64,000 bases of DNA from NCBI RefSeq assembly GCF_009914755.1, contig NC_060926.1. The stretch is one strand, 5' to 3'. The notes beneath the pieces are model-generated. The model searched no databases. It was not told where the DNA came from and saw nothing but the letters and a program-made list of their open reading frames with translations. A program made the position numbers and the translations under genes. Of the stretch, positions 51,912 through 64,000 are shown piece after piece. Source of the DNA: the human T2T-CHM13v2.0 reference genome, Homo sapiens. Each line of letters starts with the position of its first letter. Within the stretch, counting starts at the first letter, position 1.

Positions 51912-53671
51912 TCATAAAACTAATCATAGATATCACTTGATCAAACAAAACCAATACTACTCCTAAGCCTACACACTCACACCCTTTCTATCATATTCTA
52001 TAATTCTTTTCTTCTCCATTTTAACAAACCAATCATCTAGAATTTTTTTTTAAAGTCTGGTAAGTGTTTATAGGAATACATTCAGCTCTGTATTTAAAGT
52101 TCACCAACAATTTGTCCTTATAAGTCTCTACTTTTAGAGGTTTATCACTTAGCAAAATAGAAATACTGTTATAGTTTAAAATGTGGTGTATGTGAACTCT
52201 GTCAAGAGAAGTTGGTCACACAAGCTTTTGTTTCTCTTTAAAAGAGGTTATTTTGACTACATGTTAGTTTCAGAAAAGCTGAGCTAAAATGGGAGATTGT
52301 CATTTTTACACTTACTCTCTCACAGCTACTAAAATAGCTCCACTTAATTGAGAAAAACCATTTTAGGTCACTACACTGTTAGGTGGTGGGAAATATATAT
52401 AGCAGCAACAAGAAGTTGACATTTTAAAGGTAGATAAATTCTGAAGAGTAATAGGCTGCTGATTGACTACAAATATACATATACTAAGAAGAGTTTAAAT
52501 AAGGGTTATTTCTTGAGAATATATTTTGTACCATCTCAGAGTCATAGACTGTTTTATTCAAAATTCACTATAGTCATCTATATGTGCATATGCCTTTTAA
52601 TATATTTTCATTTTTTAATTCACAGAGGCTTACATTTATTTAAAGAGTATTAAAAGGATATTGTTTGGTTATCAGGTTTAATATAAACATTTTTGTTATT
52701 CAAAGGAGAAAGGTCAGTGTTAAAAATATTATGACAAAAAGGAGTTTATTAGTAAATTGTGGATATTTGGTCACTTAAATTCTATTGATAATGTTATTTA
52801 TAGTTTACAAAGCTTAATAGCTTTTAAATCACATTCTAAGAAGATTTTGTAACTTTACCTTCACAATAATAAGGAAAACAGAAGAAATGTTATTTCCATT
52901 TTACAGTAAATACAAATAGAAGCTTCAAAATTCATACTTCCTTTTATTCAGTTACTCTTACCTTTCCCAGTAGTCTATTATGAAATCAGAGTCTATTTCT
53001 GGATATAAATATTTCATTGCTTTGTTTCTGGCATCAATAGTTCTCTCTCCTTACATCATCCATGGCCCTAATATTAGCTGGGAAATGAGGTTGAGACATT
53101 GCTTCTCTAAACAATGGGAGCATCTTGCTATCCCCCAGCCAACAGAGCTAGGTAGCCAGAAGCAGAAGGTGGGAGTTACCCTAGCTGTTTAGTCAATTTC
53201 CTTTGTCCTTATTTTGTTCAAACTTGCTTCCTGGATTAATATCCTTTCATTTTCTTCCTTACCATGTTACTGCCAATTTCTAAATTACCTGATTATGCTG
53301 TGAACACAAAAACATTCAACAGTTTAAGGCAGTTTTGTTTTTGTGTATGTAGTTAGTAATACTGCTGCAGCGGTTGTTATAGTAACCAGTTCTCTTCAGC
53401 AGGGAAAGGACTATGGACATTTGACAATGCTTAAGATTTAATAGAATGAGATTAAGTTTCTAAATTTCATATTTTATTAGGAGATGAATCCAGGGCAAAT
53501 GCTGTCTTTTAAAGTCTCTATTTTTAAGTAAACAGTAAGTTAAAAGCAGGTGCTATCTATTCTTTTTCCAAAATTAACCTGGATAAATGCAGTCTCCATC
53601 AGACACTTTAATTGGTTTATGTAGTTATTCCGCAAATGCATATTCAGATATTTCACAAAAAAGTGCCCAAG

Positions 53672-54526
53672 TGCTATGGTTTGAATATTTGTCCCCTCCA
53701 AAACTCATGTGGACATTTAATCCTTAATGTAGCAGTATTGAGAAATTAAGCCTTTAAGAGGTAATTGGGTCATGAGGGCTCTGACTTCATGAATGCATTA
53801 AGCCATTTATGGATTAATAAACTAATGGTTTATCATGGGAGTGGGACTGATGGCCTTAGAAGAAGTAGAAGAAGAAGAAAAGAGACCTGAGTTAGCACAC
53901 TCAGCCCCTTTGCCATGTGATGACCTGCCCCCCACCTTGGGACTCACATAGTCCACAACAGCAAGAAGGCCCTCACCAGATATGAATCCTCAACCTTGGT
54001 ATTAACACTAAAGCAACTCCACTTTGCATGCTAACCTGCCGTCTTTGTTTCTGATTAACTCCTGTTTCAGGAAGACCTGTAAGATTTTCAGTTTGTCTAT
54101 TGTTCCTTCTGTGAGAGCACATATTTACCATAAACCTTGCCCTTAGATCAAACAACATTTTATGTGATCATACTTCAGTTGTCCTACACATCCTTTCTGA
54201 GTCACCCTTTCCCTATGGTAGATAAGCCCTGGTTCTGGGGGGATAATGGCGTGGGGATCCACCATCTCTCTCCGCTGCCTGAGACACAAACATGACTTCT
54301 GTTCATAAATTCCTATTAAATGTTTCTTTCTAAGAAATGGATTCGTCAGCTTCTTTCTTCACAGAAAGTCAGCTTCCTCAGACTTTGGGGGTAGGTTTAC
54401 ATAGACCTACATACTACAGAACACTTGGATTTCTCAGCCTCCGTAACTGTATTAAGTAAATTCCTTTTTGTTACAAATTATGGCTTCAGATATTCTGTTA
54501 CAAGCAACAGAAGACAAACTAAAGTA
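53672..54526 (+). mobile_element. MST-family solo LTR (MSTB/C-like) split by an LTR47
   Basis: TGCTATGGTTTGAATATTTGTCCCCTCCAAAACTCATG start; 5-bp TSD CCAAG at 53667-53671 and 54527-54531. Confidence 0.9.
54000..54423 (+). mobile_element. LTR47-like (ERVL) solo LTR nested in MST
   Basis: 5-bp TSD CTTGG at 53995-53999 and 54424-54428; MST sequence is colinear on both sides. Confidence 0.8.
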
Positions 54527-54780
54527 CCAAGTTACCCAGAAAAATGAGCACATTTCATAAAGTCAGTTTTGTATGACATGGCCACGCAGAGCATACAATT
54601 TACCAAGAAGAGCAAGCTTTGCAGTGAGCACTGCCCTCTTTTGCTTCTTTATTTTTTATTTCAATAATATTTTCTATTGGTTTGAAAAGTTCTTTACTCT
54701 CTTTTTATTCTCAATTGTCTCCCAGAAATAGCACCATTAACAGATCTATTTTTATGCAATTATAAGAATATAAATATTTA

Positions 54781-55108
<328 letters not shown>

Positions 55109-55416
55109 TCAATGTTTATACAAACAATAGGAATCAAAAATATTTATATTTGATCATAGGGACTTTTTATTCACCTAATATATCATGAAATAATTTCCAT
55201 GTTTAAAGCTATACATTATTAAAATAAAGAGTGTATGGTATGTTTTGCTGTAATTTATGTAAGCAGTGCCTATTAATGAAGAGTTAGGTGCTTTCTAACT
55301 TACTGCCCTGATGAATCAGTGTTCTGAGTGCTCTCATCCCCAGAATATGTATTGATAGATGAACTGCTGGATCGTAAGATAGGAAATCTCATATTTTATA
55401 GAAATATTTACAAGTT

Positions 55417-55494
55417 GCAGTGAGCCGAGATCGTGTCACTGCACTCCAGCTTGGGCTACAGAGTGAGACTCAGTCTCAGGAAAAAAAAAAAAAA
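55417..55494 (+). mobile_element. Severely 5'-truncated Alu (last ~60 nt plus A-tail)
   Basis: Perfect 17-bp TSD AGAAATATTTACAAGTT at 55400-55416 and 55495-55511. Confidence 0.93.
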
Positions 55495-55686
55495 AGAAAT
55501 ATTTACAAGTTAGGATTATAAATGATTTAGCTGCTATCCAAAGTATGTCACAATTCACAGTGCTTTTAATTATATATAAATGTGCTAATTTCTTCATACC
55601 TTTATCAATGACAGATAGTATCTCTCTTTCAAAAATATATCACCTATCTGGTAGGCAAAAAAAAAAAAGTTACATTGATGCCTTTA

Positions 55687-55920
<234 letters not shown>

Positions 55921-58900
55921 CTAACAGAAAATTTAACATTTTTGTTGGCTGATCCTCTATCCAAATAACTTACTAAATGACTATGTTAGCTATTGTTATA
56001 TTTTACAAAGTACTCGGTAATGAAAGTGTTTCTTATATTTTACCATTTAAATGCATGCTGCCATAAGTTTCTATGTGATATATTTTATCAAGTTAAGCAA
56101 GTTGTTTTTCTTATGCTAAAATACTTAAAAGCACTTGTTTGGTGTTAAGAGTGGAATCGTATGAACTTCTTTTCAAGTGAAAGCTGATTATATTAAAATT
56201 CTAGTCCCAGCAACATAGAGAAGCTTATGTTGGACTAATTCTCCCACACAAAAAGAGCACAGGCTCTGTATGAGTATATAACTTTTTGAGGACACTGAAC
56301 AATATAAAAACAGAAACTAGAGGAGTTGGATCCTTGAAAGATGGGCAAAGCACTTAGTGAGATCTTTTACATGTATATGGCTTTTCCCCTGTAGCACTCT
56401 GTAGTCTCCAAGAAGGGAGATTTAGAAATGAGTTTAAAAAAAATCACTCTTTGCCCGACCCCTAAGTATACATATATAGGCACAACTCCAGGGAGCTGAG
56501 CAGAAAGCAGTAGCTTGAGGGAAAAAAAAACAAAACACAAAAAACCTAGGCATATATTTCACATTTTGCATAATTAAAGGGACATAGAGTTCAGAATATG
56601 ACTTCAGCCAAGTTAGAGACTGTGTGTAAATGTCTTGGTTTTGCAATGAAAACTTATGAAAAATCACAATAGTAAACACTATGTAACAGAACAAAGGGAT
56701 TTACCTTGGACTGAGGGCTAAACTGAAGTAGACAAGCATTAATAAAATTTAAATCAAGTCTCCAAAATTTCAACGTGGTCTGTACATAATTTAATAGAGC
56801 AGAATTTATACATTTCAGAGGACAATAACATAGCCTGTACAATGTGTCATCCACCATAATTAGGATACAGCAAGCAGAAAATTACTAAACATGCCAGGAA
56901 CAAGGTTATGTGATCCATAATATTCAAGGGGAAAAACAATGGGTCGAAAAACAGCCACTGTGACTCAGAATTGTGATTGGAAAATAAGAAATTACAGGCA
57001 AGGATTGTCTTCATAAGTGAACATGAGGATTGGGAAATGTCAGGAGAGAAACAGATTATTATACTTTATTCTACCTGAGGAATGGAGAGAAAAAAGAAAA
57101 ACAAATCTTAAAAGACATGAGGGGCAATAAGGAGCAATTTACTAATAACATACATATGATTTAAATTGCAGGAGGAAAAGACAGATGGGACAGAAAAATA
57201 TTTGAAGAAACAATGGTCTAAAATTTCCTAAATTTGGTGAATAATATCAAAAAGCTTAATGAATCCCAGTCATGATAAATGCTAGGAAAACACACCTAGG
57301 TGCTTCAATTCCGTTACAAATCAAAGAGAAGAGGAAATCTTTAACGCAGCTACAGGAAAAAAATAGGATACATTTCATGTAAGGGAACAGCTATAGAAAT
57401 GATGCTGACTTCCCATAAGAAAAGTTTGCGGCCAGAATAGAATGGAACACGTTTAAAATACTGGAGGAAAAAAAAATCCTGTTATACTAGAATTCTATGT
57501 TCAATAAAAATATTCAAAAATGAATAATAAAGTTGTTTCAGATAAATAATAGGTGAAAAAAATTGTCAAAAGCAGAGCTGTTCTATACAAAGTACTTAAG
57601 GAAGTTTTTCAGGATAAAGGGGAATGATAGATGGAAACCAAGTTCTACACAAACAAAAATTACTAAAAAGAGTACATATGTTATCAGACAGCTTTTACTC
57701 TATTGTTATATACACATATTAATCTCATGAAAGACATTTATTTTAAAATAATAGCAAGGAACATGTATTTGAGAGGAGGTATAGAATTAAGATATATGAA
57801 ATAAACAAAAAGTGGGGGAATGCTAATTGGACATGTAACGACATTTCTACATGTTGTTATTTGTGAAGTAATAGGATAGTTTTCGAATGCAGACTGTGGA
57901 AAGTTACAGATCCACATTCTAAATAAACACCAAAAAATACAAAAAGGTATGGCTAAAATGTTATTAGAGGAGATAAAATGGAACATTAAAAATATTTCAT
58001 TTCCATACAATGGCAGGGGCATGGGAACAGAGGAACAAAAAGCAGTTGTGACAAATAGAAATCAAATGCTAAAATGCTGAAATTACAGCCAAACTCATCA
58101 ATATTTAAATTAAATGTAAGTAGATTGAATACTTCAAGGAAAAGCTTTTCATACTGGATTTATGAAAAACAAGAACCACCTATTTGTGTTCTACAAAAAA
58201 AAAAAAAAATGGAAAACACAAAAACACATACAGGTTGAAAGTAAAGTAATGGAAAGTATTAAGAAAACTGTTGTGACTGCCAATATCAAAGAAGACTTCA
58301 AGAAGAATGCCAAGTAAAGGGTTCTATCGTGATGATAAAAGAGCCAACTAATTGAGAAAATACAACTATTAAATGGGTATGAAACCAATAACAAAGCTTT
58401 CCAATTCATGAAGAAAATTATGTCAGAACAGAAGTGAAGTATCTACAGATTTATATTAATATCAGAGATGTACTCCATTTTCAAATAGAAAAGGTAGATC
58501 CTCCCAAAAAATATAGATCTATATGATTGAACAATACTATCAACTAACTTTTTGCTAACAAACTTGCCCTAATTGACATTTTTAGATCACTACACCCAAC
58601 AAAAATACTATGTGTGGCTCTTTCACCAAGACTGACCAAATGCTGAGCCAGAGTGGAATTAAATTAGAAATCAATAACAAGTAGATAACTTACACAATTC
58701 TAGAGATTTTGAAACATGGAGATTTGAAAATGAGCTACTAAATGATCCATGGACTGAAGAAAAATTATAAGGTAAATGTGAAAAAATATTTTCTGATGAA
58801 AAAAATGAGAACACAACATATAAGAATATGCGAGATTTAGGGAAAGCAGTCCTTGGAGTGACATTTAAGTTTGAAATGCTTAAAAGAAAAAAGGCTTAAA

Positions 58901-59242
58901 ACTAATGCACTGTGCTTCCACCTTAAGAATCTCAAAAGAAGAGCAAAGTAAACAAAATTAATTTTAAAAGGAAATGATAAAAATCAGAACATAAATCAAT
59001 GAAGTAGAAACAATAGACTAAATCAAAGAAATCGTGATTCTTTGAAAGATTTCTAAACATGATAAGTTTCATGAGTTACAAGTTATAAAGAGAAAAAAAT
59101 TTAGCAACATAAATTATGAATGAGAAGATATAAACAACTTTATAACTTAAATGATTTTCCTTGAATAATAGAAATTATAAGAATTTAATAAAAACTTTAA
59201 AATGTAATAGTTCTATATATATATTTAGAAATTGAATTTATA

Positions 59243-59541
59243 GGCCAGGCGCAGTGGCTCACGCCAATAATCCCAACACTTTGGGAGGCCGAGGCCAGAG
59301 GATCACGAGGTCAGGAGTTTGAGATCAGCCTGGCAAACATGGTGAAACTCCGTCTCTACTAAAACTACAAAAATTAGCCTTAGCCGGGTGTGGTGGCAGA
59401 CACCTGTAATACCAGCTACTCAGGAGGCTGAGGCAGGAGAATCACTTGAAACCAGAAGGTGGAGATTGCAGTGAGCCGAGATCATGCCACTGCACTCCAG
59501 ACTGGGCAACAAGAGCAAAACTCCGCCTCAAAAAAAAAAAA
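59243..59541 (+). mobile_element. AluS
   Basis: Full dimer; TSD AAATTGAATTTATA (59229-59242) / AAATTAAATTTATA (59541-59554). Confidence 0.95.
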
Positions 59542-60654
59542 AATTAAATTTATAATTAAACTTTCTACAAAGAAAATCCTGGGCACGTATGACTTCACTG
59601 ATGAATCTTTAAAAATATTTAAGGAAGAAAAAATATCATTCCTACACAAACTCAGACAAAAGAGGCCGAAGAATACTTCCTAATTCATATTAGGAAACCA
59701 CTGCAGCTCTGATACCAAAACAAATAAAAACATCCCAAGAAGAAAAAAAAATTAAGACTAATATCTTTCATGAATATAGACAAAAAAATCTTAAAATATC
59801 AAATTGTCCTACGATATGTAAAAAGGATAGTACACCTCATAAGATTACATTCACAATAGGAATACAAGGTTTAATATAGAAAAATTAATATAATTCATCA
59901 TTTACAGACTAAAGGAAAAGTTCATATGGTCATTTAGTTAGAAGCAAAAATAAGCTTTCTAAAAAAATACATAAAAAGCCTCAGCAAACTCTGGATAGAA
60001 GAAAACCTGCTAAAGAACATTTACCAAAATCCTATAGCTAATATTGTATTTAATGATGATATATTAAATGTCATCCTCCTAAAACAGAGAGAAGGATAAG
60101 ATTGTCTGTTCTATTTCTATTAATTTTGTACCGGTCATACTAACAGTGTAGGGGACAAGATAAATACAATTTAATATACAGACAGGATGAAGTAAAATAG
60201 CCTAACCTCACAAATGACATAATTTTGTAGGCAGAAAAATCCTTAACCATGTACAAAGACTACTACCAATAAAACTCAAAGCATCCCACCTGTCCATCAA
60301 CAGAGGAATGTAAAAACAAAATATGTTATATTGATATGATAGGATGACAATAGTAAGCAAGAATGTACTGCTGACACAAAAATAACATGGATAAATCTCA
60401 AAAACATAATGTTGAGTTGAATAAAAGTCCCATATTAGAGAATCCATTGGCAGGATCCTGTTTCTACAATGATGAAGAACCAGCAAATAGAAGTCAGAGC
60501 AGTGGTTGTTAATGAGTGGCAGTGTTTGAAAGGGAACATAAGGAAACTTACTGGGGTGATGGAAATTTTCCTGATCTTGATGGATTAATAGGTTGCATGA
60601 GAAATTACATGTATCAAAACTCATTGAAATTCTTAAAATTTGTGCATTTCATTG

Positions 60655-63157
<2,503 letters not shown>

Positions 63158-63359
63158 TGCTATGTGTAAATTATATACATATGAATATGTTCATGATTTA
63201 TTCTTTCAATGCTCTAATCTATACAAATTAGAAATAGTGTAATGAATTCCTGTCAGGGTTCATTTTACAGTTTCCTAGGATTATTGCTATAATTCTTCTC
63301 CCTTTATTTATTGAATCTTAGTGTCAAAATTCATTGGAAATTCTTGGGAAGAAACTCAC

Positions 63360-63361
<2 letters not shown>

Positions 63362-63394
<33 letters not shown>

Positions 63395-63417
63395 AGAGAG
63401 AGAGAGAAAGAGAGAGA
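63362..63417. repeat. (GT)16 followed by imperfect (GA)n microsatellite
   Basis: Directly visible. Confidence 0.97.
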
Positions 63418-64000
63418 TAGAGAATCCATTTGCATGTGCTGTTTATTTTCTAGAAATTCCTCTATTTCTGTCTCATTCTGACAATGCTATCTGGTTTATA
63501 GAGTGGCTCTGGATTGATTGTGTTTTTTCATTACCTTTTCAGTCATTTCTGCATTTTTATGTTTGTTTTAAGTCAGTTATCTTGAATTTGTAATCCTGCA
63601 CCCATCCCTTTTAAAATCCAGTTGGAATTTCTCTTGTTTCTTTTCCCTAAATGAATGTTTTTATATGCAGGGCCTTGTGGGAGGTTTGGTGCTTTAGAGC
63701 AGCAGTTAGGTAGGAGAAAGCAGGTCTCAAGAAGATACTGCCTTTATCAAAGTGCCTACCTAACTTGTGTATCACTTATTCACATAGGATATTTTGGAAA
63801 TCAGGTTTAGAAATTCTCTAGTGCTACTTAATAATATTCTTATTGGATCAAATGTATTTTAGAAATGTAAATCAAGGAAGGAGGTCAGTTTTGTTTTCCT
63901 GTACTAATTTTATTATTTTTATTTTTACATTACCCTTTCAGCACATCCCAGTTACTTTGGTTCAGGAGAAATTGCTATGTTGCCTTGGCAACATTTCATA

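Overview
AT-rich, CpG-depleted primate (human-like) non-coding DNA, intergenic or deep intronic, dominated by transposon fossils. It holds about 15 Alus (J, S and Y types, most with readable TSDs), a near full-length L1MA-type LINE on the - strand carrying a HERV-H LTR7 and an AluJ, an older L1M on the + strand carrying an Alu and a full THE1 provirus, a second full-length THE1A, several solo and nested LTRs, MER1B/MER5A/MER102 DNA transposons, MIR/L2/CR1 relics and microsatellites. No protein-coding gene, tRNA, rRNA, CpG island or CRISPR array can be supported. The listed ORFs are repeat-derived or chance. I found no convincing new biological system. The best leads are candidate + strand exons downstream of a THE1B LTR, a 27-bp fold-back hairpin inside an L1, a micro 3' transduction, a twin-primed L1, and a THE1 internal ORF segment open in both proviruses. 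Repeat subfamily names come from recalled consensus sequences, not from a RepeatMasker run.
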